Assembly (NCBI GenBank): GCA_009103225.1
Contig: RHPI01000249.1
Coordinates: forward strand, 308,348 to 372,347
DNA from: Chlorokybus atmophyticus
Taxonomy: Eukaryota; Plantae; Mesostigma and Chlorokybus algae
Direction: 5' to 3'
Length of the DNA stretch: 64,000 nucleotides
In this document: positions 1-12,677 of the stretch, piece after piece
Layout: each line of letters starts with the position of its first letter
Numbering within the stretch: the first letter of the stretch is position 1
Translations under genes and position numbers: made by a program
Notes under the pieces: model-generated
Databases searched by the model: none
Seen by the model: the letters and a program-made list of their open reading frames with translations, nothing else
What the model was told of the DNA's origin: nothing

Positions 1-2385
1 ATACCAAAAACTGCATTTCGCACCCCCATAGGACACTTTTAGTATAAGGAGTTATTATTTGGGTTAACATATGCACCAGCTACATTTCAGGCAGCAATGA
101 ACGCGGCATTTGCTGATGAATTGCACAAGTTTGTATTGGTATATCTTGATGACATTATTGTGTTCAGCAAAACCTGGGAGGAACACCACAAGCATGTGAA
201 ATTGATTCTAGCTAAGTTACGCGAACACAAGTTCTATGCCAACCTGTCCAAATGCAACTTTGCAAGAGATAAGCTACCCTTTTTAGGGCATGTGATTGGC
301 AAAGAAGGATTGAAATCAGATCCCTAAAAGGTGTGTGCGGTGAAGGATTGGCCACCACCCAATGATGTACATCAGTTACGTGCTTTCTTGGGGCTAGCTA
401 ATTATTTCCGCAAGTTCATGCGAGCATATTCTAGCATGGCAAACAAACATCTTTACTGAGTAAGGATGTTTAATTTGTGTGGACGGAGGCACACGTGGTT
501 GCTTTTACACGCATTAAAGATGCATTAACATAAGCCTTTGTGTTAGCCTTCCTCGACCACACCAAGCCTTTTGTGGTGATCAGTGATGCTTCCACCATTG
601 GGTGTGGGGCAGTCCTTCCACAGGATAACAGCCCATGTGCATATGAAAGCAGAAAGTTCATTCATGCTGAACGTAATTACACAACCAGTGAGCAGGAATT
701 CCTCGGGGTGGAGCACGCGCTGCGCACATGGCGTTGCTACTTAGAAGGTGTGAAGTTTTCAATGATTATTGATCACAACCCGCTCACATTCTTTCATACG
801 CAACACAACCTGTCGAGGCGGCAAGCTAGGTGGAATGAATTCATTTCTCGTTTCACTTTCACTTGGCAATACCGTCCGAGTTGCACCAATATGGCGGATC
901 CACCAAGTCGTAGCCCTGCCCTTTTGGCACTTACGCGCTCTCGAAGTACGCGTAATGTGCAACAGCCTAAAGATCCTTTCCTAAAGAAAGTGTCCACAGG
1001 TTATAACTCAGATGATTGGTTTAGCAGTTAAACCCACTCGTAACAGCTTACTGCTATTAGCAATCTGTGGTATAAAGGGGAGCATTTGGCAATTGCCAAC
1101 TCGGGCGACTTGCGTAAGCAATGCTTACAATCCATGCATGATCCGCCGTATGCTGGGCATTTGGGGAAACACAAAACACTCAAAGCTGCGCAACAGCTAT
1201 ACTGGTGGCCGTCAATGTCACCTGATGTGGATCAATATGTTCGCACATCTGACGTGTGTCAACGTAATAAGCCACTACGACAAAAACAAGCGGGATTTCT
1301 TAAAACATTAGCAATCTCAAACAAAAGTGGGATAGTGTCAGTATGGATTTGATTACTGACCTACCTTAAACAGCAGCCAAATACACTGCTATTGCGGTTT
1401 TTGTCGACCGTTTGACAAAAATGGTGCATTTTGCCTCGTGTTGCACAACTGTGAGTGCACGGGACTTAGCACATTTATTTGTGTCCACGGTCTTTCGAGT
1501 TCACGGTGTACCGCGGGAGCTTATCACAGATCGTAATCCTCGGTTTGTCTCCAAGTTTTGGAGAGAAGTCTGTAATTTATTGAGGGTAAAACAAAGCATG
1601 TCGACTACTTTCCACCCGCAAACGGACGGACAAACTGAGCAAGCAAATCAAATACAGGAAGAAATGCTTCGCCACTATGTGGCTCCTAACCATGCTGATT
1701 GGGACAGGTACTTGCCAATGGCAGAGTTCGCTGTGAACAATGCGTGGCAGAAAAGTGTAAAGGAAACCCCATTTTTCTTGAATTATGGGATTCGCCGAAC
1801 ACACCAGCGTCATTGCGTGTACCTCGCAATGCCCTAACTGTACTAGCGGCAAAGAAATTTGCCACTGATATGCAAGAAAATTTGGCTTAAGCCAAGCTAT
1901 GTCTGTAAGAAGCACAGGACAGGCAAAAAGCTTATGCTGATACACATTGAAGAATGGCCACTTTCGATGTCGGCAATAAAGTTTTGCCTAACGCAAAGAA
2001 CATGACCCTCAAAGGTACGTGTGCTTGCAAGCTGCTGCCCCGATGGTTAGGTCCTTTCTCTGTCACTGATGGAGTTGGTACGCACGCTTATCGACTGCCC
2101 CCAAGTGTGCGTATACACAACGTGTTCCACGTGAACTTGTTGAAACCATACCGCTCATACGGTAGAACACAGCCTCCACCACCACCGGTTGAGGTGGACA
2201 GCGAGCTCGAATACGAGGTGGAAACCATTTTGGCCCATAAGCTGAATACTCAGGGACGCGCAACCCGCTATTTAGTGAAATGGAAAGGGTATGGCCCGGA
2301 ACATAACAGTTGGGAGCCCGACAGGCATCTTGCGCACTGCCGCGAGTTGCTTCGAGCTGACTGGGACACACGTCCCGACCCGTGA
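1..2385 (+). mobile_element. Ty3/Gypsy chromovirus LTR retrotransposon, degraded pol (RT, RNase H, integrase, GPY/F, chromodomain); 5' part outside window
   Basis: RT 'VLVYLDDIIVFS' (97-327); RNase H 'SDASTIGCGAVL...YESRKF...EQEFL...IIDHNPL' (540-1031); integrase Zn finger 'HDPPYAGHLG...WWPSM...C QRNK' (1086-1352); core 'ITDRNPRFVSKFW...FHPQTDGQTE' (1412-1837); 'PRWLGPF' and chromodomain 'EYEVETILAH...YLVKWKGYG..HNSWEP' (1954-2385). Gypsy domain order; many stops and frameshifts. Confidence 0.95.
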
Positions 2386-2519
2386 AACTGTGGGCTTGGT
2401 TGATGACAGACTGGCAATGCAGTTTCATTACCACCTTGTCATTTCCTGCTATCTTACTAGTTACAATTACTTGAAATCAAGCCTGATCAACTTGAGTTCA
2501 ACGAGGACGTTGAAAACCC

Positions 2520-2535
2520 AAGTGGGGAATGTAAC
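2520..2535 (+). other. Polypurine tract and start of 3' LTR (TG at 2530)
   Basis: AAGTGGGGAA immediately followed by TGTAAC, ~135 bp after the chromodomain stop. Confidence 0.7.
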
Positions 2536-4300
2536 GGGAGCAATAATATTAGGGGTATTATTGCTACCAAAATAACACATTTTGTATGAATAAGTATCTA
2601 AATATGCTTATTTAAACCTCTTTTCTACGGTTCCTCGCTTATTAAAGGCTATGATGCTTTATCATAGCTTAAATAATTCCCAATGAGTGTAGAGCCGCTT
2701 ACTCAAGCCTATTTAGTGTCAGATTTGATAAAATGTGATCACTATCTCGTTAGGTACCTTACGATAGGTATCTTTCGATAGGCACCTTATTGATAGGTAC
2801 TTTATCTGAGCTGTGATTGGCTCACGCAAGATTTCCTAACTACCTATCGGTAGGGTCGATATTCAGTTGTGAGTTAATTATCGAGAGGTGTATATTTGTT
2901 ATACTCTTAATATAAAACGTCACATCAAACCGATGTGACCTCGCTTTTAGTTCTCTGCTCAGTGGCGGCCACGCCGCTGAAAGGCTTGTCATACGCGGTG
3001 TGGGTGTTGGGGTAGAGGATTGAAGGGGCATCACCGGCGACAGTGGTGCTGTTACATCGAGGCCGTGTTTGGCAAGCGGTTTTAAAATTACAATAAAAGA
3101 TTTTGGACCGAATATCTTGTCAAGTGGCTTGGTTATGGCGAGGAGCGTAACACCTGGGAGCCAATATCTAACTTGACAAACTGTGATGTCAAGTTGGGCA
3201 AGTTTGAGAGTGAACTCAAATCCACAGGTGCCACTTGAGAGCATGTGCTCGGTTGCAACACATTCATGTGCAACTTTCTCTTCTTATGTGACATGCCAAT
3301 AAGCGCGCACTGGTACCTAATACCAGAGTTGGTTGTCACTCCCGCGACTTGCATTTTGTTTTAAGCGTGGTGTGCGGTAATTCAGTAGGGCTGGCCACCC
3401 TAGCTGGCAATTATTGTGCGGGACACAAGCCCCATTCTTTGCAACATGGAAGTTGCAATGCAAGTGGGGAGGAATGTCACGCCCAAAGGGCTGGCGAAAG
3501 TCACTCTAAGTTCCCTACTTATGTGGTAAGTAAGAGGGACCAAGTGAGGATTCCGCATGCCATGGTGTGTAGCACTTGGCATGTGTGCTTATGCGGTCAG
3601 TCCTTGTCTACTTAGTAGCTAGGGCTATGTAGCTGCACAAGGCACTGTATATTAGGGCTGTTCGGTGTCATATGCTCTGCATGACTTGTGGAGTGCCAGT
3701 GCAGTGACACTGGGGCAGCGTATGTGCTGCAAGTGGCAAATCACAGGTCAATCATGCGATTTGCCAGTATGATATGTTTGAACAAGCACAGGCCGGATTT
3801 TGGCATTTTGCAAATACTTGTCATATGTTTGACAATCTCGAGGTATGATAATCCCGTGGTTGATGTCCTGTGATGGGACAGGTCCTATGTGAACACAGTC
3901 AGCATTTGCTGGAAGGTCAGCACACAGTGACAAGGCCTTGGACCTTGGAAATGCTGTGTGCCAGGTCGGGAGAGCGGCAACTGGTATAAAAGCTCAGTTG
4001 CTACCTTGAGTAGGGATCAGAGTGTGTTCACCATTGAAGGGCCACTTGTGTGTGGGGTGCCTGGTTGTAGCTGTTGAAGGGGCTCTCCCCCTCATCTCTT
4101 ATGGGGTGTGTGTGTGGCGTCTGTGGGTGGCACTTGTGTGTGTGGGAGCTGTTGGAGGGCTGGTCATCCTCTCCTACCAACTCTAGTGCTGTGTCTTCCC
4201 TCCACGAGGTGCTGCACCAGGGTGTGTTGTGCATAAGTCTTTTGTGCTTGTGCGCAAGTTGGTGAGGCTCACTAGCAAGTAAGTGAGTGGTATTGTTACA
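2530..4300 (+). repeat. Probable 3' LTR; right end uncertain (GTTACA at 3051-3056 or 4295-4300)
   Basis: Starts TGTAAC. The reverse-complement terminus GTTACA occurs at 3051-3056 and 4295-4300, with a TATA-like TATAAAA near 3986. The 5' LTR and TSD are not in the window, so the end cannot be confirmed. Confidence 0.4.
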
Positions 4301-4508
4301 ATGTGGGCATGTGCGCATGTGAGGCTACTCACACTTGTACCCTTAAATAAAGGGTAAAAGATTTTTCATCTGATTCCTTGTATATAGGTGATCCCAACTT
4401 AAAAAGCTTTTCCACTTATCATGTGTTGTAAGTCGATGTGCTTGTACATAAGTGTGGAAGCCAAGATAGAAACGTTCTAACCGTGGTTTACGCATATGTA
4501 CTCCTAAG

Positions 4509-4630
4509 TCATGCAATAATGCTATGTAGCATTATTGCATGAGTCACTTACAACCAATGGCATGACAGTACAGCCACAACATGTACACTTACAATAAACT
4601 TGTACTATGAGTCACTTATAGTACAAGTTT
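4509..4630. repeat. Two perfect hairpins (16-bp arms 4509-4542; 13-bp arms 4596-4630)
   Basis: TCATGCAATAATGCTA-tg-TAGCATTATTGCATGA and AAACTTGTACTAT-gagtcactt-ATAGTACAAGTTT. Confidence 0.9.
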
Positions 4631-4799
4631 CATATAAAGTGCAAGCACAAGGGTAAGCAAGCCAATCAACCGAAATTAACAAATACCATAGATTAAATGA
4701 TGCATTACGATTGTATCATACTGCTTAGGCAATAATAAAGCACTTGCTGCTCAGGCATGCTTGACAACGCATGTGAAGCATGCATTATCATGCGACCAT

Positions 4800-5694
4800 C
4801 TGGCAATGCCTTGACAAATCTGGCTGCATGCACAAGGGCACAATAGGTTTCCCTCGCGATCAGGTGTTGTGCTCTCTTGCCGAGTCCTGCGTAGCTGACC
4901 TTTAAGATACATGTCAGTACCCTACTTTTGGCTGCAAACTCCCATCTCTTTCGAAAGATTTACGAGAGCGGCATGGTGGAGACTGCTGAGCGCACAACAC
5001 GGACAGCACCACTACATGTCACTATGTGCAATGATGGTGAGCATACACGAACAGTTTTTGTCAAAGCATTAGGCCTGCGGCCTGCTGTGGGCCAAACGTT
5101 GCTCTCCATATTGGCCTTGGAAAGTTGCATATCGATGCCACACTGCTGCATGCGCGTCACCGCATTGATGTGGTCTGCATACCTGGCTTGTTGCATAGAG
5201 TCCAACAACCACGTGTGATTCTTGTTATCAGAGATAGTGGCATTCCAGCAGCTGCTGCATTACATGTATACGCAAGGATGCGTGTCAACGGCCCACAAGG
5301 ACGCAGCTCTTTCAACTGCTTGCTGATAAGTACGCAGTGGAATCTTGCGTGGAGCATTGTGCTCTGCAGCTGCAACCCAAGCCAATCAGCACGCACAGTG
5401 CAGATGAACAATTACCTGCCTGTCTGCAACTGCTGGACCTTCCAGAACACTTGTTGTCTCATGCCGCAGTTGCCAAGCTGCAGGTAATTGCAACACAGCC
5501 AGTCATATCTGTCACAAATGTGAGTGCATTCGGGCATCGCTTATATGAACAACTTGTAACTCTCACTGTATGTTGATCTGCAGACTACGGCTATGACCTT
5601 GTCGGTGAAGTACTACAAGTCCATCAGCAAACTTCCCGTTTCTCGATGCGGCCTTGCAATATCTTATCTCCCAGTGAGTTGCGATGTCAATATG

Positions 5695-5731
<37 letters not shown>

Positions 5732-6727
5732 TGTTAACCCAACATACTTGAAGGCTCCAAGGTCTGCGACCAAACATGTCAGCCTAGCATATAACTCAGT
5801 GCCTCTGCACTTTTGAACCCTTCAGGTTGTTTGATGGCTGGTGGAGAGCAAAGCACTAGCCGGAGATGAACAAGTGTTAGTGTTCTGTTTCGCATCTCTA
5901 TGGTTAAGTTACACACGTTGCGGCTCGGACGGGCGCGTATCTGAGAATGCCAGGCATGTGTTTGCCAAACTGGTCGGCAGCAGCCGCTTCCCCCTGCTGT
6001 CCAAAATGTACGTAGAGCAAGTTGTCGCACACTCCGGCCTGATGCACGAGGCGGAGTCTCATGCTGCGCCAGTCGCCATCAAGAAGGAGTTGCTTGTTTG
6101 GAGTTCAGCGCTGGTTGGACACTCTCGTTTCCAGCAACGTGACTTGCAGCATGACTCTTGCAAGTGGAAGGTGGACAGGACTGGCACTGAACCGCAATCA
6201 TATGAGTTACCATCCCGCATCATTCAAGGTGGCCTCTGATGAGCATATACTGCGCAGCGCTGGTTGTTACTGTCTAATTTTGTGCACATTGGCCTTTAAC
6301 GCAGCTAAAGCCATGTAGAGTTGTGCAGGGTTCCTTGTCAGTTTTGAAGTCAGCATCAACATCGGCAATAGCAGTCAATCCATAGTTGATGTAAAGGTGG
6401 TAGTTAGCCCTCCCCCCCCCACTTGTTGACATGTCTCGACACACTGGCTGGTGGTTGGTGACAGTTTCCTCGCGATCCTTCTGCAATCGTGGCTCAACTT
6501 GGACGTGTTGGACAGCACTATCAGCCTCTCGTATGAACAGACCGCAAACAATGGCGAAGATCTACGGGTGGTTACCGCGTGACACTGCAAGGCACATCCG
6601 GTTTCAAGCAGATGTTCGCATGGAACACCACACAGGATGGATTGATACACGTAATAGATCGCCAGTTCAGGTTTTCTTCAACCCAAGTGGCGAGCGTGGC
6701 GTCGATGATGACAGCGATGACGAGTAG
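4800..6727 (+). pseudogene. LRB/POB1-like BTB-BACK gene, copy 1 (5'-truncated, disrupted)
   Basis: BTB 'IHVSTLLLAANSHLFRKIYESGMVE'; 'LQLLDLPEHLL'; BACK-like 'ESKALAGDEQVLVFCFASLW...RFPLLSKMYVEQVV'; C-terminal exon 'GFLVSF...PPPLVDMSRHTGWWL'. The N-terminal FGFAF exon seen in copies 2-4 is absent, and there is a +1 shift in a C9 run at ~6412-6420. Confidence 0.8.
5699..5730. repeat. (GT)16 microsatellite in intron
   Basis: Read directly from the sequence. Confidence 0.95.
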
Positions 6728-8261
6728 CTGGCGATGGTGTTCAAAGTGTGTAAGTGGTGACAATAGCGACATGCTATAGACTTACATGCATACATGAACT
6801 GAACCTTCCTTGCCAGTGTTAAGTACGAGGTAGTTGTTACCACTGTACACGCTGAGCGTTATGTGCAAGTATAGTGCGTCGTTCGCTCACATTAGTCTGC
6901 AAATATATCAAAAGGAAGACCTTGCTAAGCGAGTTCTCACCTAACATACTTCGTGTTATGTGCCACAGTACATGTTACTGACATGTGCATTGAGGTGTGC
7001 TGTTGCAACTCATGTAAGCAAGTACCCATTCCACAATTTGCAATAGCATTGCCTTTGACAGACTCTAGATCGCGAGTATTCAAGCATTTGGGCTGATTAA
7101 TATGGTGCTCAAAACCTAACCTGGTTGGCGCCCGTGCCTTGCATCCAGTCTGTGTAAGTAAATCAAGCGCAGACAATAGACAAGTGCTTGAAATGAGTCG
7201 TGTCTACACGAAGCTGAGGAAAGCCAGTGCCCACCTCCCCTCCCCCCTTCCCACCCCTCTCACACACATTGTGAAGAATAGCCGAGACACTGAGCAACAA
7301 GGCCCCAGCCCGCACACCAGCAAGCTGCACAATCAACCAGCAAGCACTGTTGACGTTAGCCGTACACGGGTATTACGGGTAAAACGAGTCATGTTGGAGG
7401 CTGCGTGTGCGCATGTGCACTGTGGGAGACGAAAGGCTGACATGCTCGGTGTGTGTGCAGCTATTGGCTGTGTGACTGGCATGCATACATCACACACACA
7501 GAGCAGGGGAGGTGGGTTGTTTGTAGTGCTAGTAGTAAGCTAGGCAAACTGTAGCATGATGGTCATTAGCCCGGTGGTCGTATATGTTACCATAGATGGT
7601 TTAAGCATGGCAATGGTGGCATGGTGGAGCTGTCCACAGCATGTGTGTAGCGCCTCTTGCACACGCCACGCACGGTGAACTGCTGGTGTAGAGTAACAGC
7701 ATGAGATGCCATGTGCTGAGTGCTGCATGTTGTGCTGGTAGTGTGTATGTTGCACACCTTGCATGCTGCTAATGTAGCATGCGATCTCCTATACGCACGC
7801 ACGCACGCACACACACACACGCGCATGCATGCATGCACGAGGTACGCATGGGGAGCAGGCTGGTGGTAGTGAAGCTAGCCCATACCACAGCATCCACACA
7901 CACAAGCCCCACCCCACGCCATGACCTACTGTACAATCACAGCATGCAGCACTGAGCTAGTACCAGCGCTTATGCTATGCGCGTCAGCATTGCACGCAGT
8001 TCCGCACTGCTAACGTTGACAATGCAGCCCTTGCGTATGGTCGTGCAAGGGGCGCAGCAACCGAAGAGGGCCAATGATGAGGAGGAGGAGGAGGAGGAGG
8101 GTGGCGGAGGGACGGAGGGAGAGGAGGGGGAGTGTCAGTCTGCTAGTGTAATGCTGTGACGTGACCATGAACGTTACCTGACTGTTTGGCGCCTTGTGTA
8201 CACGTACATGTAATTACGCATGCATTGTCTTGCATGCCTGTTAGCTAGCGGTTACGCCACA

Positions 8262-8356
8262 CTTGCAGAAGGAGTGCGAGGAGACTGTCACCAACCACCA
8301 GCCAGTGTATCGAGACATGTCAACCAATGGCGGAGGCCTAACCACCACCTTCACCA
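8262..8356 (-). pseudogene. 3' remnant of BTB-BACK copy 2
   Basis: Minus strand 'VKVVVRPPPLVDMSRYTGWWLVTVSSHSFC' is nearly identical to the copy 1 last exon (6390-6490). Confidence 0.8.
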
Positions 8357-10289
8357 AGTCCTGCCCCGAGCACCAAGGCCACGCTTGCTGGGGCGTCCAC
8401 CGGAGGCCCTCTTCCAACAGCTGAGTGCCTTGACGCAGTTGTTGCTGGTTGCCTGGATGCATCAGCTTTCTAACCCACTATGCACGACGAACCAGACTGC
8501 TTGTCCATCGCCGTAGACGGCCCCTTGTTTGCAAAATGGTAGTCAGTACTCAGTTTCCGTGCACTAGTCTTTTCATTCCCGTTCACACGAGCGCTTGAGT
8601 CAGCTACGAGTGTTAGGCTTGCGTGGCTACAGCTAGTGTGCACAGACAGCGAGGCTACCGATGTTGCTTGCTGCACATCCTGTAGCAAGGACGGGAGATG
8701 TGCAATGCATCTTTGCATCCGCAGCATGTGCTACACAAGTGCTTGCAAGCACTCAACGCTACTTGCTCCGGCTGTGTGGAGGCCAGCGAGTCCGTGTTCA
8801 GCGGTGGGAGGAGGCATCCACGACGCTTGAGTGGATATCCTTCCTCGGCATGCGCCCGGAGTTGCTCCCATTCATGCGTGCAGCTACTCACCGCTTGGCA
8901 GGCTCGGACATGCTCTGCCGAACAGCCAGTCCGGCACTGCTCTGCCCTTCCAGACTTCCAGCACACGGTTCGCCTTTCACCCACACCCAGGTGCAGTCGT
9001 GCCAAAGAACGTGCATTCCGTGTGCCGAGGGAGGGGGGTTGGATCACATACACGGTGGACGTGCTCACCTCCTCCTCCCCCCCGCTGTGCTTCTACTGTA
9101 AGCCCGGGCGCGGTGTCCGCACGCTCCAACCCGAGGCGCCAAGCAGCCTCCTGCTCAGCCTAAGGTCCCCCCCCCCTCGCATTGCCCCTCCTCTTGCTCA
9201 GGCAGATGGTGTACAAGCGGGGAGCCTGTCTCTCACCGCTGGCGACAGCGGCGCTTTCACTGCTCCGGCTACGGTGCTATCAACGCATGGTCTCACAAAC
9301 ACGCAGGCTGCAGATGGCTAGCAGCAAGTCACGCGCAAACAGAAAGGGGTGGCAAGACAGGAGGCTGGCTCATCCTCTACCCAAGTGCAGCAACCCCACC
9401 CCCCTACTGTTTGCTCCCCACCTGTTCAATCTCTCTCTCCAGCCACGCCTGCACACGCTCCCCGCTCGGAGTCGTGGTATGACATGGTGGAGGAGGACCA
9501 GCTGGCCGCGACGCAGCAGGACCCACCCCCCCTCGAGGCAGCGCCCCCCGCTCATGTACTTTCAGACACGCTCGCCCCAATGCTCTCGCGCCTTGGCATA
9601 GACGTAGGGGAGGCGGACTTCGACACGGTGTGTGCAGTTCTAATGCTGGGCGCAGGCCTCACGGCGCAAGCTGGCCAGGCACAGCTGCTGCTGTCGGATG
9701 TCGACCAGATCTCTGGCCTAAGGGTGGAGGCGCTTCAACCCCCCCTGCCCAGACGGCCAGTTTTGGAGGAATGGCTGTGGGAGCGGCTGCATGCTCCTCT
9801 TCAGGCGCTGGGCTTCACCCCGGCCAGCGGCTCGGAGGCAATGTCGCTGCGCTCCATGCTATCCCATGCTTTTGCAGTTCGGGGCAACGGGCGTCGCCGC
9901 ACTAAGCTCTACATCATGCTGGTCCTGCCGGCGGACGCATCTTCTCTATCTCTCCCGCTCACACCGTCTCAGCGTTGGGTGTCGCTGGATGAATGGGAGT
10001 CGGCACTGCAAGACAGGCAGGCAGCTGGCAGGACCGTCACTTCGGGCCTTACTTTCCATGCTGCGTTTCATTCTTGGCGGTCCACCCTCCCGCAAACAGC
10101 CGAGACACCAAGCGAGCCTCCTCTGCACAGCTCTGCTGCATGCAGCTCGGTGGCCCGGCAGCTGTTTTCTCCGCCCAGACTTGCGAGCCCGGAGCAGCAC
10201 CCGCGCAGGCCCTTGTCGCCTGCTCCTCACCCTGTGAAGGCGCGAGCGTCTTTCATATCTCCGGAGAAGGCTCCCCCCCCCCCCCCCCC

Positions 10290-10397
10290 NNNNNNNNNNN
10301 NNNNNNNNNNNNNNNNNNNNNNNNNNNNNNNNNNNNNNNNNNNNNNNNNNNNNNNNNNNNNNNNNNNNNNNNNNNNNNNNNNNNNNNNNNNNNNNNN
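10290..10397. other. Assembly gap (108 N) flanked by poly-C runs
   Basis: Read directly from the sequence. Confidence 0.99.
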
Positions 10398-12677
10398 AGG
10401 CCCCCCCCCCCCCCCCCCGAGCGGTGCGCTCGGTGATGGTCGTCCTCCGTTGCCAGGACGGGGAGTGGTGGTTAGGCCTGGGTCGGTGCCCTCAACCATC
10501 CCCCACCCCCTTCGCTTTAGCCAGCTCGGAGGAAGTTGCAGAGGAGCCCCATCTATGTCGCCTTGTGGCTCGGGATCTGCAGCTCCCAGAGGACTCTCCT
10601 TAGGAAGAATGGGAGGCCGCCACCAGTGTGTTGACGCTGCGCATGCAAGAGGAACAGATACAGCGCTGCATGGTTTGGGTGCTAACGCTGCCGGGGCATG
10701 CACACGCCACCGGTGATGGCGAGGTGGTGTGGGCAAACGTTCGCAAACTCCCGTAGGCGGGAGACTTGCGGGAGACTTGGTGACGTGGAAGCAGGTGCGA
10801 TGGAGGGCGCGTTCATTAACTACAGCAGCAACTGGAGGCTGTCAGGCGAACGCATGAGCCGCTCCCTTTTTGCTAGGGGCAGAGCAGACAGGGTGTCTGC
10901 CCCGCTGCTGACACTGGACTTTACTACACAACGGCATGACCCAACCCTCCGCACACAAGCTTAGCTGCAGGAGGCCGCGAGGGATTTCTACACGCAGTCG
11001 TACACCTCTTCGGCAGCAGAGGCTTCGGCTAAAGAGGCAGCGCAGGCAGAATGTGTCCGGCATGTTTCACCCGTGCTCCTCCTTGCAGACAGCGCCGACC
11101 TTGATGCACCTATCACGCAGGAAGAGCTGCTGGTTGCACTTCGCTCGATGGATGCGCACAAAAGCCCTGACATCGACGGCTTCACTGCAGCTTTTTGGCT
11201 GCATATGTGGCCTGTGCTAGGCGCCGACTATGCAAAGTACTGTCAGCTGGTGCTGGAGCGCGGGCACATGGGCAACACAACGCACAGGTGTCATCGCCCT
11301 TCTGCATAAGAAAGGCTCTATCGGACTTGCGCAACACTTGGTGCCCCATCACGCTGCTCACGTTGCACTATAAGATCCTAGCCAAGTCCTTTGCTCTACG
11401 CCTCTCTCCCTTGCTCCCGGAAGTCCTGTCCGCGGAACAGACAGGGGTTCATCAAGCACAGGTACATCTTGGACAACATCCTCACTGCACTCGACTTTAT
11501 CTATTGGGCTGAAGCCTCCCATCAAAAGCTTGCTCTCCTGCTCTTGGACTGCGAGAAAGCTTTGATCAGATGGACTGGTCCTTCTTGGATAAAGTCCTTC
11601 ACGCGTTAGGGTTCCGCCAAACCTTCAGAGGGTGGGTACGCACTCTTAACGATGGGGGTTCAACCTCGGTCATGGTGAATGGCTACCTCACGGAGGAGTT
11701 TTCTCTCCAACGCAGCGACAGCGCTGCCCAATGGCACCGGCCTTGTTCGTCACAGCCACGGAGGCCCTCGGCGCCATGCTCCAGGCGAAACCGTCTTGTC
11801 AAGGGCTTGTGCTCCCCGGTAACAGCCACCCTAGCGAGGCATCCCCTGATGAGGTCAGGTACTTTGCCTTTGCGGACGACACGGCTGTGTTGCTGGAGGT
11901 CTCTCAACAAGCCTTCCTAGCTTTTTCTTTGGTAATGAGCACCTACTGCCTAGCTTCGGATTCCTAGCTCAGTCTTCACAAGTCCATCGGTCTGCTCCTG
12001 GGCTCAGTGCGCCCCCTCCCTGCTCTAGACTGGGGGGTGAAGTGGCTGCAGCCGGGGGAAGCCACCACGCCGCTGGGGATACCTGTGGGCATCTCTCTGC
12101 AGCAACCACAGCTGTTCGAAGCCGTCCTGGAAAAGTTGCACAAGCGCATGCACATGTGGGCAGGCCATTACTTGTCATTGATGGGCAGAGCTTTGGTTGC
12201 CAACCAAGCAATACTCGCCTGTTTACGGTACACATCAGCGGTGGCTTCTCCATCCCATGCACTCATGCAGGACTTGCGCAGAGAGTGCATAGGCTTTTCC
12301 TGGAGGTCTCAACCCTCCCCAGGCCCAGCCTCCATTACGGTCCGAGGCAAGGTGCAATGGCAGGTGTTGTGTCTCCCTAAGAGCCTAGGGGGCTTGGGGT
12401 TGCTTGACCCCTCGCTGCAGTCGCAAGCGCTTCTGGCGAAGTGGGCGGCGAGGTTGGTTGATCCCACCTGGACCCCTTGGAAAGTTCTTGGCATCTCAGA
12501 CCCACTCTGCCAGCAGCTGGCAGAGTGGGTCTCAGATGCGCGTGAGCCCACGATGCAGTGGATGCCTCCAGCAGCGCTCCTCTCCACAGACCTACTAGTG
12601 CACAACCGTGTTGCACGTCACTTGCAGGCCATCTTCAAGGCGTGGAAAGCCGTGGCCCCTACACACCGTCCCCCTCC

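Noticed and set aside
2700-2860. Short degenerate GATAGGTAC repeats resembling an array
   Set aside because: Irregular short repeats within the probable LTR, without constant-length unique spacers; not CRISPR, and the context is eukaryotic.
2840-3244. 134-aa minus-strand ORF after the PPT
   Set aside because: No recognisable domain; it lies in presumed LTR sequence.
6900-8150. Possible minus-strand exons (e.g. 'QFTVRGVCKRRY') between BTB copies 1 and 2
   Set aside because: I could not assemble an in-phase model or recognise a family.
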